Below are positions 29,928 to 39,624 of a DNA stretch of 64,000 bases, in pieces (position 1 is the first letter of the stretch; the number at the start of each line of letters is the position of its first letter). The stretch is from Parcubacteria bacterium DG_74_3 (GTDB taxonomy: Bacteria; Patescibacteriota; Minisyncoccia; Minisyncoccales; DG-74-3): positions 7,164-71,163 of the forward strand of contig LJNG01000002.1 of assembly GCA_001302985.1 (NCBI GenBank). Direction: 5' to 3'. A model generated the notes under the pieces. The model was not told where the DNA came from, searched no databases, and was given only the letters and a program-made list of their open reading frames with translations. Both the position numbers and the translations under genes were made by a program.

Positions 29928-30520
29928 AACAGGGAAAGAAGAAACAAGAAATAAGAAGTAAAAAGCCCGATATTCGTTATTTGGATAATATGCGAAATGT
30001 TCTTTATGATGAGAATTGGGCTAAAACGGCTCCTAATTTAGAACTTTATTATATGTATCGTGGCCTTAAAGAAAAAAATGGCTTAAGATATGATATTACA
30101 GTTATGCCCCAAAAGATGTTGGGGAAAGAATTTTTGAAAACAAAGGGCCACGAGCACTCAGAGCCCTTTCCAGAGCTTTATATAGTGGTCGAGGGAGAAG
30201 CTGTTTTTCTAATGCAAAAATGCCGAGGGGAGATTATTCAAGATGTTTTTTGTATCAAGGCCAAAAAAAGAGAGGGACTTATTATTCCCAGAAATTATGG
30301 TCATGTAACAATTAATCCCTCAAAAAAAACCCTAAAAATGGCTAATTGGATTAATAAAAAATGTAAAGGATTGTATGATTTATTTGAAAAAAAGAAGGGA
30401 GCTTGTTATTATTATACGAAATCTGGTTGGGTAAAAAATAAAAACTACAAGTCGATTCCAAAGCTTCGTTTTGAAAAACCCCTAAAATCAATACCTAAAA
30501 ACTTAAATTTCTTAAAATAA
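29918..30520 (+). CDS. Cupin-type (archaeal-type) glucose-6-phosphate isomerase
   Basis: LYYMYR, LRYDIT, KTKGHEH, ELY.V.EG, YGHVTINP. Confidence 0.8.
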   Translation: MEMKQGKKKQEIRSKKPDIRYLDNMRNVLYDENWAKTAPNLELYYMYRGLKEKNGLRYDITVMPQKMLGKEFLKTKGHEHSEPFPELYIVVEGEAVFLMQKCRGEIIQDVFCIKAKKREGLIIPRNYGHVTINPSKKTLKMANWINKKCKGLYDLFEKKKGACYYYTKSGWVKNKNYKSIPKLRFEKPLKSIPKNLNFLK

Positions 30521-30530
30521 AACCAACAGA

Positions 30531-30565
30531 GGCCCTTCCTCTGTAAAGCCTACGGGGGCCGGGCC
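30531..30565. repeat. REP-like palindromic element related to 10439-10505
   Basis: GGCCCTTCCTCTGTAAAGCCTACGGGGGCCGGGCC; GC-rich intergenic unit sharing CCT(T)CCT..CTACGG. Confidence 0.4.
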
Positions 30566-30579
30566 TTCTTAAATCTGAG

Positions 30580-31470
30580 ATGAAAAAAGTAAAAAAAGCT
30601 ATCATACCAGTAGCTGGATTGGGAACAAGATTTTTACCCCTGAGTAAGGTTTTACCAAAGGAACTTTTTCCTTTAGTTGATAAGCCGGTTTTACAATATA
30701 TTGTCGAAGAGGCTATCGCTTCGGGTATAAAAGAAATAATCTTTGTCAGTCGGTCGGAAAAAGGAATAATTTTAGATTATTTCAATCGAGACCATAAAAA
30801 GCTCAAAGAAATTCTTGAAAAAAGAAAGAAAAATCAAATCTTAAAAGAACTTAAAGAATTTGAAAGACTTTCTCGTGCAATTTCTTTTTCTCGGCGCGTC
30901 TCTCTTTCTCGCGTTTTTCAAAGAAAACCTTTTGGGGACGGTCACGCCATCTTACGAGCAAAAGGAGTTATTAAGGAGGAACCTGTGGCTGTTTTATTTG
31001 GCGATGATGTTGTTGAGTCTAAAACTCCTTGCCTTTTGCAATTGATTAGGGTATTTAAAAAATATCAAAAACCAGTAATTGCTCTTTATAGACTTCCTAA
31101 AGAAAAATTATCTTCTTACGGGGTTGTTAGGGTTGAAAAGGTGAAAAACAGGGTTTATAGAATTAAAGAAATAGTAGAAAAGCCGTCAATTGAGGAGGCG
31201 CCTTCCAACCTTGCCATTGTCGGAAAATACATCTTAAATCCCGAAGTTTTGGAATATCTTTCAAGAACCAAGCCAGGAGCAAAAGGGGAAATAATTTTAG
31301 CTGAAAGCTTAAAAGAAATGATAAAAGACGGGAAGGAAATTTATGGCTACGAATTTGAGGGAAAGTGGCTTGAGTGCGGTAATAAGGAAAGTTGGCTAAA
31401 GTCTCATCTTTATCTTAGTCTTAAGCATCCAAAATTTGGTCCTAATCTTAAAGCATTGTTAAAGAAATAA
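30580..31470 (+). CDS. galU: UTP--glucose-1-phosphate uridylyltransferase
   Basis: KAIIPVAGLGTRFLP.SK..PKE, GDGHAIL, IVEKP, GKYIL. Confidence 0.88.
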   Translation: MKKVKKAIIPVAGLGTRFLPLSKVLPKELFPLVDKPVLQYIVEEAIASGIKEIIFVSRSEKGIILDYFNRDHKKLKEILEKRKKNQILKELKEFERLSRAISFSRRVSLSRVFQRKPFGDGHAILRAKGVIKEEPVAVLFGDDVVESKTPCLLQLIRVFKKYQKPVIALYRLPKEKLSSYGVVRVEKVKNRVYRIKEIVEKPSIEEAPSNLAIVGKYILNPEVLEYLSRTKPGAKGEIILAESLKEMIKDGKEIYGYEFEGKWLECGNKESWLKSHLYLSLKHPKFGPNLKALLKK

Positions 31471-31487
31471 TATAAACTAAAAAACCC

Positions 31488-32189
31488 ATGAAAGGTTTTA
31501 TTCTAGCGGCTGGAAAAGGAACCAGGCTTTATCCTCTTACTTTGGAAATTCCAAAGCCCTTATTGCCAGTAAATAAAATTCCAATAATCACTTACCTGGT
31601 CGAGCTTTATCTGAAAAACGGAATTACTGATATTAAAATCAATGTCCAGAAAAAGCATCTGAAAGACTTTGCTAAATGGCGAGTTATCTATTTTCCAAGA
31701 AAAAAAATTGAACTCATGGTGGAAAGAAAACCCTCGGGAACCTTTACTCCTATTGCCAAAAAGATTAGCCCTCAATGGTTTAGAGAACCAATTGTTGTTT
31801 CAAATGGCGACGAATTGAAAGAGCTTAATATTAAAAAAATGATGAGCTGGCACAGACAAAAAGGAGCTTTGGTAACCGTAGGTCTTGTGAGGGTAAAAAA
31901 CCCGAAGGATTACGGTGTGGCTAAAATTAAGGGGGATAAAATTATTAATTTTATTGAGAAACCCAGAAAGCCACCTTCTTATTATATCAATTCCGGCATT
32001 TACATAATGTCGCCAGAGATTAGAAAATATTTTCCTAAAAGAAAAAAGTTTTCCATGTTAGAAAGTGATCTTTTTCCTAAGTTAGCCAAAGAAGGTAAAC
32101 TTTTTGGATACAAATGGAGAGGAAGGTGGACAGATTGCGGTACATTTAAACGTTGGGAATTTGCCATTAAGAATTGGAAGAAAAAATAA
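31488..32189 (+). CDS. NDP-sugar pyrophosphorylase (mannose-1-phosphate guanylyltransferase-like)
   Basis: ILAAGKGTRLYPLT..PKPLLP, NGD, FIEKP, INSGIY, WTDCGT. Confidence 0.85.
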   Translation: MKGFILAAGKGTRLYPLTLEIPKPLLPVNKIPIITYLVELYLKNGITDIKINVQKKHLKDFAKWRVIYFPRKKIELMVERKPSGTFTPIAKKISPQWFREPIVVSNGDELKELNIKKMMSWHRQKGALVTVGLVRVKNPKDYGVAKIKGDKIINFIEKPRKPPSYYINSGIYIMSPEIRKYFPKRKKFSMLESDLFPKLAKEGKLFGYKWRGRWTDCGTFKRWEFAIKNWKKK

Positions 32190-32192
32190 AAA

Positions 32193-32279
32193 GCCGAGGT
32201 GGTGAAATTTGGCTAGACACGCAAGCTTCAGGAGCTTGTGGACCAAAAGTCCATGTGGGTTCGAATCCCACCCTCGGCA
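32193..32279 (+). tRNA. tRNA-Leu (CAG)
   Basis: GCCGAGG/CCTCGGC acceptor stem, CAAGC-TTCAGGA-GCTTG anticodon arm, long variable arm, GGTTCGAATCC. Confidence 0.95.
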
Positions 32280-32281
32280 TC

Positions 32282-33958
32282 ATGAAAAAACAAAAAAGGC
32301 TAAAGATTATACCACTTGGTGGTCTGGGAGAGGTTGGGCGTAATATGATGCTTCTGGAAACGCAGGAGGGAATTTTAATTGTTGAAATGGGGTTTAGATT
32401 ACCAGAAGAAAGTATGCCGGGCATTGATTATATTATTCCTAATATTTCTTATCTAAAAGGTAAAGAAAAAAAGATTTTGGGTGTAGTTTTTACTCACGGC
32501 CATTACGACCACATAGGGGCTGTCCCCTATTTAATTGATAAAATTTGGAGACCGGGTTTACGCCTTTTTGCCTCTCCCCTAACTCGAGGTATTATTTTAA
32601 AGAGACAGGAAGACTTCCCTTATCAGCCAAAATTAGAAATTGAAACGGTAAAAGATGGTTCAAAAATCAGATTAAATTCTCTTAAAATTGAATTTTTTCG
32701 CCAAAACCATAATATTCCCGGTAACTTAGGCTTGTTTATAAAGACACCCGTGGGAAATATTTTCCATACCTCTGATTTTAAATTTGACAAAAATCCAATA
32801 AATGATTTACCAACTGATTTTCAAAAATTAAAAAGGTTAGGAAACCAAAAAATCTTACTCTTAATGTCAGACTCAACAGGAGCCGAAGAAGAGGGTAAGT
32901 CGCTTTCAGAAAAAGAAATTTTTGAAAATTTGGGGTCAATTTTTGGACAGGTAAGGGGTAGAATTATCGCAGCTACTTTCGCTTCCTTAATAAATAGAAT
33001 CGGGCAAATCATCTCCCTGTCAGAAAAATATAAAAGACGGGTTTGTATTGAAGGTTTTTCCATGAAAACCAATGTCGAAATTGCCAAGAATTTGGGGTAC
33101 CTTAAAACTAAAAGTAGATTTTTGAAACCAAAAGAGGTTGCAAACTTCCCAGATTCGAAAATAACTATTTTGTGTACCGGAGCTCAAGGAGAAACCGCAG
33201 CTGCCTTAATGAGAATTGTTAACAAAGAACACTCCTCAATTCGTCTTAGAAGGGGAGATTCTGTGATTCTCTCTTCTTCAATTGTGCCTGGGAATGAAAG
33301 AACTGTTCAGGTTTTAAAGGATAATATTTTAAGACAGGGGGCTCAGGTTTTTCACTACAAAATGATGGATATACACGCCGGGGGCCATGCTCAAAAAGAA
33401 GAGCTGAAACAGATGATCAAAATTCTAAAACCAAGATTTTTTCTTCCAATTCATGGTCAATATTCAATGCTAGTCTCCCACGCCCAAATAGCCCAGGAGG
33501 CCGGTCTTTCAGAAAAAAACATTATTGTTGCCGAAAACGGTCAGGTTATTAATCTGGGCTCCAAAACAATTTTTATCGAAAAAAGAAGCGTTCCCTCAAA
33601 TTATGTTATGGTCGATGGCTTGGGCGTTGGAGACGTAGGAGAGATAGTTCTAAGAGATAGACAGCAATTGGCTCAAGATGGCATGTTCGTCATTGTGGCT
33701 ATAATTGATAGACAAACTGGAAGGGTTAGGGGTTCTCCTGATATAATATCAAGAGGGTTTGTTTATTTAAGAGAGTCAAAAGAACTATTAGCTCAAACCC
33801 GAAAAAGGGTAATTAAAATTGTTAACAGAGCCACTCTTTCTGGAGGGGCGGTTAATTGGAGTTATGTTAAGGGAGAAATTAGAGATGAAATTGGACAATT
33901 TTTATATAACAAAACCCAGAGAAGACCAATTATATTACCGGTGGTCATCGAGGTCTAA
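32282..33958 (+). CDS. rnj: Ribonuclease J
   Basis: IIPLGGLGEVGRNM, THGHYDHIG, SDST, HAGGHA, PIHG, RRPIILPVVIEV. Start reassigned to the ATG after the tRNA. Confidence 0.95.
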   Translation: MKKQKRLKIIPLGGLGEVGRNMMLLETQEGILIVEMGFRLPEESMPGIDYIIPNISYLKGKEKKILGVVFTHGHYDHIGAVPYLIDKIWRPGLRLFASPLTRGIILKRQEDFPYQPKLEIETVKDGSKIRLNSLKIEFFRQNHNIPGNLGLFIKTPVGNIFHTSDFKFDKNPINDLPTDFQKLKRLGNQKILLLMSDSTGAEEEGKSLSEKEIFENLGSIFGQVRGRIIAATFASLINRIGQIISLSEKYKRRVCIEGFSMKTNVEIAKNLGYLKTKSRFLKPKEVANFPDSKITILCTGAQGETAAALMRIVNKEHSSIRLRRGDSVILSSSIVPGNERTVQVLKDNILRQGAQVFHYKMMDIHAGGHAQKEELKQMIKILKPRFFLPIHGQYSMLVSHAQIAQEAGLSEKNIIVAENGQVINLGSKTIFIEKRSVPSNYVMVDGLGVGDVGEIVLRDRQQLAQDGMFVIVAIIDRQTGRVRGSPDIISRGFVYLRESKELLAQTRKRVIKIVNRATLSGGAVNWSYVKGEIRDEIGQFLYNKTQRRPIILPVVIEV

Positions 33959-34021
33959 TAGCTAAGGTGACATTCAACACGGGTTGCGACCAAGAGACCA
34001 CGATAATTTACATAAAATCAT

Positions 34022-34996
34022 ATGAGAATTTTTAGCGGCATCCAACCAACCGGGAAATTGCATATTGGGAACTATGTTGGTGCAATTAAGCAGTGGCTTG
34101 AACTTCAGCTAAAACATAAGTGTCTTTTTTGCATTGTTGATTTACACGCTATAACCATTCCCTATGACCCAAAAAATTTTCAAGAAGTTATTTTTCAGAA
34201 AGCGGTTGAATATTTAGCCTGTGGAATCAATCCAGAAAAATCGATTATTTTTGTTCAGTCTTACGTAAAAGAGCATACCGAATTAACCTGGTTACTCAAC
34301 ACAATTACCCCCATGGGCGATCTTAGCCGAATGACCCAATTTAAAGAAAAATCAAAACAATTCAAGAAAATTGTTGGGGCGGGATTATTTAATTACCCCA
34401 TCTTAATGGCAGCTGATATTTTACTCTACCAAACAGACATAGTTCCTGTTGGTAAAGACCAACAACAGCACGTTGAACTAGCCAGGACTCTTGCCAGAGC
34501 ATTCAATCGGAAATTTGGTAAAACCTTTAGGGTACCAGAATTAATGTTGCCCAAATTAGGAGCTAAGATTATGTCTTTACAAAATCCAAAACAAAAAATG
34601 TCAAAGTCTATTCCTCGGTCCTGTTTGTTTTTAGTAGACGAACCCAATGTTATTCGAGAGAAAATAATGACTGCTGTTACTGACCCGGGCAAAGAAATAG
34701 TTTATGACCTGAAAAGAAAACCAGGTATTTCCAATCTTTTAACTATTTATTCTTTATTTTCTGAAATGCCAATTAAAAAATTAGAGGAAGATTTTAAGGG
34801 AAGGGGTTACAAAGAATTAAAAAAATCCTTGGTCAAGGTTTTGGTACAATCTCTCGAGCCCATTCGTAGAAAAAGAAAAGAACTTCTCAAGAGAGAAGTC
34901 TATGTCCAGGAGGTTTTAAATCAAGGCGCTAAAAAAGCTCAGGTCATAGCCCAATCGACCATGACAGAAGTTAGAAAAAAAATGGGTTTGGTTTAA
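34022..34996 (+). CDS. trpS: Tryptophan--tRNA ligase
   Basis: SGIQPTG, HIGN, YPILMAADIL, VPVGKDQ, KMSKS. Confidence 0.96.
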   Translation: MRIFSGIQPTGKLHIGNYVGAIKQWLELQLKHKCLFCIVDLHAITIPYDPKNFQEVIFQKAVEYLACGINPEKSIIFVQSYVKEHTELTWLLNTITPMGDLSRMTQFKEKSKQFKKIVGAGLFNYPILMAADILLYQTDIVPVGKDQQQHVELARTLARAFNRKFGKTFRVPELMLPKLGAKIMSLQNPKQKMSKSIPRSCLFLVDEPNVIREKIMTAVTDPGKEIVYDLKRKPGISNLLTIYSLFSEMPIKKLEEDFKGRGYKELKKSLVKVLVQSLEPIRRKRKELLKREVYVQEVLNQGAKKAQVIAQSTMTEVRKKMGLV

Positions 34997-36390
34997 CCGC
35001 TAATCCATTTTTTTCCAACCTTAGGGTACTTAGCCAGTTTTTGACGAAAAATACTCTCAATCCTCTCCAGCCCCTTTTTTGTTTTAGATTCAAAAACTAA
35101 AACCAAAACCGGTAAATTAGAAGAAGCTCGAACTAGTCCCCAACCATCATCAAATTTTACCCGGGCACCATTAATATCAATTACTCTATCTTGACCGTAT
35201 TCTTTTTTGAATTCTTTAGTTAATTTTTCAACAAGCTTATATTTTACTTCGTCGGCGCAATCGGCGTGCCAGGCAGGAGAAATAAAATATTGAGGAGTGC
35301 TCTTCATTATTTCTGAAATGGTTTTATCTTGACCGGAAAGGTATTCGAGTAGTTTCAAAGCGGCAAAAACAGCATCGTCGTAACCATAATATCCGTGTCG
35401 ATAAAAAATATGACCGCTTCTCTCTCCCGCCAAAGAAGCATTAACTTCTTTGGCTTTTTCTTTTATATAAGAGTGGCCTGTCTTCCACATTACAGGTTTG
35501 CCTCCCTGTTTTTCAATCTCTTCAATCAAAGCCTGAGAGCATTTAACATCAAAGACAACAGAAGAACCTGGTTTTTCTTTAAGAACCCGGCGAGCCAATA
35601 AAATGAGATAACGGTCTGGCCAAACAACCCCACCCCTTTCATCAACCACTCCCAACCTATCTCCATCTCCATCAAAACCAAGACCAATATCTGCTTTTAT
35701 TTCCTTAACCTTAGAGCTCAAAGCCTCGATAGCCTCAAGGGCTGCCGGATTAGGTTCGTGGTGGGGAAAATTAAAATTAATATCACAGAATTGTTCGACA
35801 ACCTGAAGGCCTGCTTTTCTTAAAATCGGAGGAACAATGGGGCCTGCGGTACCATTGCCAGTATTAACCACTACCTTAAGGGATTTTTTAAGATTAACCT
35901 TACTAATTACGTAATCACCATAAACCTGGATAATTTCTGGTTCTTTTTTAAGAGAACCGTGGCCCCTGGGGAAATCTTCTTTTAAGATACTCTGATAAAG
36001 CTTTTTGATGTCTTCCGGCAAAAGGGTAGTGTCGAAATTGTAACCTAATTTAAAGCCGCTCCAACCGTTTGGGTTATGGGAGGCTGTAACCATCGCTACT
36101 CCCTTTATTTTTAAGAAATGCTGAGCAAAATAAGCAATGGGAACCAAAACTTGACCGATCTCTACCACATTTACTCCGGTAGATATTATCCCAGAAACAA
36201 AAGCATCTTTAAGTCTGGCCGAATACTCCCTGGCATCGAAACCAACTACGGCCTCTCGAACGTTTTTTCTTTTTAAAAAACTACCAAAGCCCTTGCCGAT
36301 AGTCCGACAGTTTTCTTCTTCGAGCTCTTTGGGTGAAACCCGACCGCGAATATCATACTCGCGAAACATTGTCTTTTCTAATTTGGGCAT
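34993..36390 (-). CDS. Phosphomannomutase/phosphoglucomutase
   Basis: FREYDIRG, TASHNP, DGDGDR, GERSGH, VRASSN. Start 36390 (alternatively 36411). Confidence 0.92.
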   Translation of the reverse strand: MPKLEKTMFREYDIRGRVSPKELEEENCRTIGKGFGSFLKRKNVREAVVGFDAREYSARLKDAFVSGIISTGVNVVEIGQVLVPIAYFAQHFLKIKGVAMVTASHNPNGWSGFKLGYNFDTTLLPEDIKKLYQSILKEDFPRGHGSLKKEPEIIQVYGDYVISKVNLKKSLKVVVNTGNGTAGPIVPPILRKAGLQVVEQFCDINFNFPHHEPNPAALEAIEALSSKVKEIKADIGLGFDGDGDRLGVVDERGGVVWPDRYLILLARRVLKEKPGSSVVFDVKCSQALIEEIEKQGGKPVMWKTGHSYIKEKAKEVNASLAGERSGHIFYRHGYYGYDDAVFAALKLLEYLSGQDKTISEIMKSTPQYFISPAWHADCADEVKYKLVEKLTKEFKKEYGQDRVIDINGARVKFDDGWGLVRASSNLPVLVLVFESKTKKGLERIESIFRQKLAKYPKVGKKWISG

Positions 36391-36429
36391 AGAATTGATT
36401 TTCTTACCCATTTATTATAGCATATTAAT

Positions 36430-37455
36430 ATGAGCTTTTCAGTGGGAATCGTGGGCTTGCCCAATGTTGGAAAGTCCACTTTATTTAAGGCCCTAACCAA
36501 AAAAGAGGTGAAAATCTCTCCCCGTCCCTTCACAACCATTTCACCCAATATCGGGCAGGTTTCTGTTCCCGATCAAAGATTGAATGAGATTGCCAATGTG
36601 ATCAAACCAGGGAAGATAACCCCAACAACTATCGAATTTGTAGATATCGCAGGTCTGGTCAAGGGAGCTCATAAGGGCGAGGGTTTGGGGAATCAATTCT
36701 TAGCCCATATTAGAAATTGTGATGCTATTTTAGAGATTATTAGAGCCTTTGAAGACCTTGAGGTAGAAAATGTTTTAGGTGAAATTAACCCAGAAAAAGA
36801 AATTGAAACTATCAAGGTTGAGCTTTTGATGAAAGACTTGGAAACTTTAACTGGTTTAATATCTAAATTAGAAAAGAAAAAAGATAGAAAAACTCTAAAG
36901 AAAATTAATTTTTTAACAAAAATCAAAGAGTCTGTTTCTCAGGGAAAACAGGTTTCAGAATTAGAAATGACAGAGGAAGAAAGGTTAAAAATTAGAGAAT
37001 ATCAACTTTTGACCGCCAAACCAGCTATTTACCTCCTAAATACTAACCGGGAAACCAGCTTCCCTCTTAAAATCCCCCACCTTAAAATTAATCTAAAAGA
37101 AGAAGAAGAAACTTCCGATCTATCAGAAAGAGAGCGAGAAGAACTTGAAATGAAATCCAGTCTTGATGAGTTAATTGCTGCTTGTTATAATATCCTCAAT
37201 CTGATAACATTTTTTACGGTAGCTCGTGGAAAAGAAACTAAGGCCTGGACAATAGAGCGAGGCTCAAAAGCATCAGAAACCGCTGGAAAGGTTCACTCAG
37301 ATTTTGAAAAAAAATTTATTAAAGCTGAGATTGTTCCTTGGAATCAGTTAGTGAGAGTAAGTTCTTGGTCAGAGGCTCGTCGAGAAGGCCTTTTAAAAAT
37401 AGTGGGGAAAGACTATATAGTCCAAGACGGAGATGTAATTGAGTTTAAAATTTAA
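36430..37455 (+). CDS. ychF: Redox-regulated Obg-family ATPase YchF
   Basis: GIVGLPNVGKST, DIAGLV.GA..GEGLGNQFL, GKDYIVQDGDV. Confidence 0.93.
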   Translation: MSFSVGIVGLPNVGKSTLFKALTKKEVKISPRPFTTISPNIGQVSVPDQRLNEIANVIKPGKITPTTIEFVDIAGLVKGAHKGEGLGNQFLAHIRNCDAILEIIRAFEDLEVENVLGEINPEKEIETIKVELLMKDLETLTGLISKLEKKKDRKTLKKINFLTKIKESVSQGKQVSELEMTEEERLKIREYQLLTAKPAIYLLNTNRETSFPLKIPHLKINLKEEEETSDLSEREREELEMKSSLDELIAACYNILNLITFFTVARGKETKAWTIERGSKASETAGKVHSDFEKKFIKAEIVPWNQLVRVSSWSEARREGLLKIVGKDYIVQDGDVIEFKI

Positions 37456-37460
37456 GTTAT

Positions 37461-37862
37461 ATGAGATTTTACGAATTAACTTATTTAATAAAACCCGATT
37501 TATCTGAGGAAAAGGCAAGAAATCTTTCTGAAAAAATAAACTCTTTCATTCAAGAAGAAGGGGGAATTTTAGATAAAAGTCAGAAGATGGCAACCAAAAA
37601 ATTGGGTTACCCAATTAAAAAAGAAACTACGATCCTTTTAAAAACTCTGGTTTTTTATTTAAATCCAGAGGGATTAGAAAATTTGGAGAAAAAATTAAAA
37701 GAAACAACGGATATTTTGCGTTTTCTGTTTTTGTCCAAGAAAACACCGAAAACCATGGCCAAAATTTCAGCTGAACCTAAAATTGTAAAAAAGGCTAAGC
37801 TAAAAACAAAAGTCGAACTTAAAGAAATAGAAAAAACATTAGAAGAAATCCTCGAGGAATAA
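37461..37862 (+). CDS. rpsF: 30S ribosomal protein S6
   Basis: YELTYLIKPD, KKLGYPIKK, ILRFL; rpsF-ssb-rpsR synteny. Confidence 0.9.
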   Translation: MRFYELTYLIKPDLSEEKARNLSEKINSFIQEEGGILDKSQKMATKKLGYPIKKETTILLKTLVFYLNPEGLENLEKKLKETTDILRFLFLSKKTPKTMAKISAEPKIVKKAKLKTKVELKEIEKTLEEILEE

Positions 37863-37868
37863 TCCATT

Positions 37869-38294
37869 ATGTTTCTAAATAAAGTTTTTGTTTTAGGAAA
37901 TCTGACCGCTGATCCAGATGTTCGCTCTTTACCTAACGGTCGACCGGTAGCCAACTTCGGCTTGGCAACCAATCGAGTCTTTTATGATAAAGAGGGCAAA
38001 AAACAAGAAAGGGCAGAGTTTCATAATATTGTTGCTTTTGGTAGGAGTGCCGAAATCATCCAACAATATTTAAAGAAAGGTTCCTTGGTTTTAATTGAAG
38101 GACGACTTCAAACAAGGTCTTGGCAAGATTCAGGTGGTAATACCCGCTATCGAACAGAAATCATTACCGAACGTCTTCAAATGGGACCGAGAGCAGGAAA
38201 GATTACTCCCGCTACTCCCAAGGAAGAAACAAAAGAAGAAATCCCGATCATTGAAGAAGAGGAAGAAATAAAAGTAGAAGATATACCATTTTAA
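37869..38294 (+). CDS. ssb: Single-stranded DNA-binding protein
   Basis: NKVFVLGNL, EGRLQTRSW, C-terminal EDIPF. Confidence 0.95.
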   Translation: MFLNKVFVLGNLTADPDVRSLPNGRPVANFGLATNRVFYDKEGKKQERAEFHNIVAFGRSAEIIQQYLKKGSLVLIEGRLQTRSWQDSGGNTRYRTEIITERLQMGPRAGKITPATPKEETKEEIPIIEEEEEIKVEDIPF

Positions 38295-38346
38295 TCAATA
38301 AACAATAAGTAGTAAACAAAGAACAACAAAAATTGTTCTCTGAAGC

Positions 38347-38544
38347 ATGTCTTGTTATTTCTGTGTCAAAAATATGGGAGAAATTGACTATAAAGATAGC
38401 GACCTTCTTAAAAGGTTTATTTCTGGCTTGGGGAAAATTAGAAGTAGAAAGCGAACCGGTCTCTGCTCAAAACATCAAAGAGAGCTCTCAAGAGCTATAA
38501 AAAGAGCAAGACACTTGGGCCTTTTACCTTATACTGTCAAATAA
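38347..38544 (+). CDS. rpsR: 30S ribosomal protein S18 (zinc-binding type)
   Basis: CYFC, IDYKD, TGLCSKHQR, AIKRAR.LGLLPY. Confidence 0.95.
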   Translation: MSCYFCVKNMGEIDYKDSDLLKRFISGLGKIRSRKRTGLCSKHQRELSRAIKRARHLGLLPYTVK

Positions 38545-38588
38545 AAGATTTATTAAGAAAAATCAAAACCTGATTCTTTCTTGATTTT

Positions 38589-39590
38589 TTAAGCTTTTTC
38601 TAAAATAGCTTTTTTGATTCTTTCAGCCACTTCTGGGTTCTCTCTCAAGAAACCCATAGAAGCTTCCATGCCCTGACCAAGTTTTTTGGTTTCGAATTGT
38701 AACCAAGAGCCCAACCTTTTAACAAGACCGGCTTTCATTCCGGTATTTAAGAGGTCAGCCCATTTTGAAATTCCCTCATTATAATAAATGTCAAAATCAG
38801 CAATCTTAAAGGGAGGGGCAACTTTATTTTTAACTATTTTAGCCTTGTGTCTTCCACCAATTATCTCATCTCCTCTCTTAATTTGGGCAATTCTCCTTAA
38901 ATCAATTCTCACCGAGGCGTAAAATTTAAGAGCCAGCCCACCAGGGGTTGTTTCGGGATTTCCAAAACGCAGCCCGATTTTCATTCTGGTCTGGTTTAAA
39001 AAGATGACAGCTGTCTTCGTTTTCGAAACAATTCCTGACAATTTTCTTAGAGCCTGACTCATTAAGCGGGCCTGGAGACCAATTTGAAATTCTCCCATCT
39101 CTCCGTCAATTTCGGCTTTGGGCACTAAAGCTGCTACCGAATCAATCACAATAATATCAACCTGACCTGAGCTAATTAGGGTTTCAACAATCTGAAGAGC
39201 CTGCTCTCCTGAATCTGGTTGAGAAATTAGTAGGTCATCAATATTGACTCCGATTTTTTTTGCATAGTCCGGGTCCATGGCGTGTTCGGCATCAACAAAG
39301 GCTCCAACCCCACCTCTTTTTTGAGCTTCGGCTAAAATATGAAGAGCTAGAGTGGTTTTTCCTGAAGCCTCTGGACCATAAATCTCAATAACTCTTCCTC
39401 GAGGAATTCCCCCCACACCCAGGGCCAAATCAAGGGCCAGAGATCCCGTTGAAATAACATCCACATTAACCGCTCTCACCTCTTTCAGTTTCATAATAGC
39501 TCCTTCACCAAATCGCTGTTTAATTTCCCTCACCGCCTCTTCTAAATTCTCTTTTCCGGTTGAAGAGTTTTTCTTCTTTTTTGTAGCCAT
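38589..39590 (-). CDS. recA: Recombinase RecA
   Basis: [46 protein letters not shown]. Confidence 0.98.
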   Translation of the reverse strand: MATKKKKNSSTGKENLEEAVREIKQRFGEGAIMKLKEVRAVNVDVISTGSLALDLALGVGGIPRGRVIEIYGPEASGKTTLALHILAEAQKRGGVGAFVDAEHAMDPDYAKKIGVNIDDLLISQPDSGEQALQIVETLISSGQVDIIVIDSVAALVPKAEIDGEMGEFQIGLQARLMSQALRKLSGIVSKTKTAVIFLNQTRMKIGLRFGNPETTPGGLALKFYASVRIDLRRIAQIKRGDEIIGGRHKAKIVKNKVAPPFKIADFDIYYNEGISKWADLLNTGMKAGLVKRLGSWLQFETKKLGQGMEASMGFLRENPEVAERIKKAILEKA

Positions 39591-39624
39591 TTTCTTTTAA
39601 AAATAATATTTTTCCGGGTCGCTG

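Noticed and set aside
32174-32281. N-terminal extension of rnj reading through tRNA-Leu, as given in the ORF track
   Set aside because: It is a TTG start inside the upstream gene and spans a complete tRNA; RNase J similarity begins after the ATG at 32282. An open frame of 36 codons can arise by chance.
33959-34021. T-box riboswitch upstream of trpS
   Set aside because: Only about 60 nt are available, with no T-box consensus or terminator.
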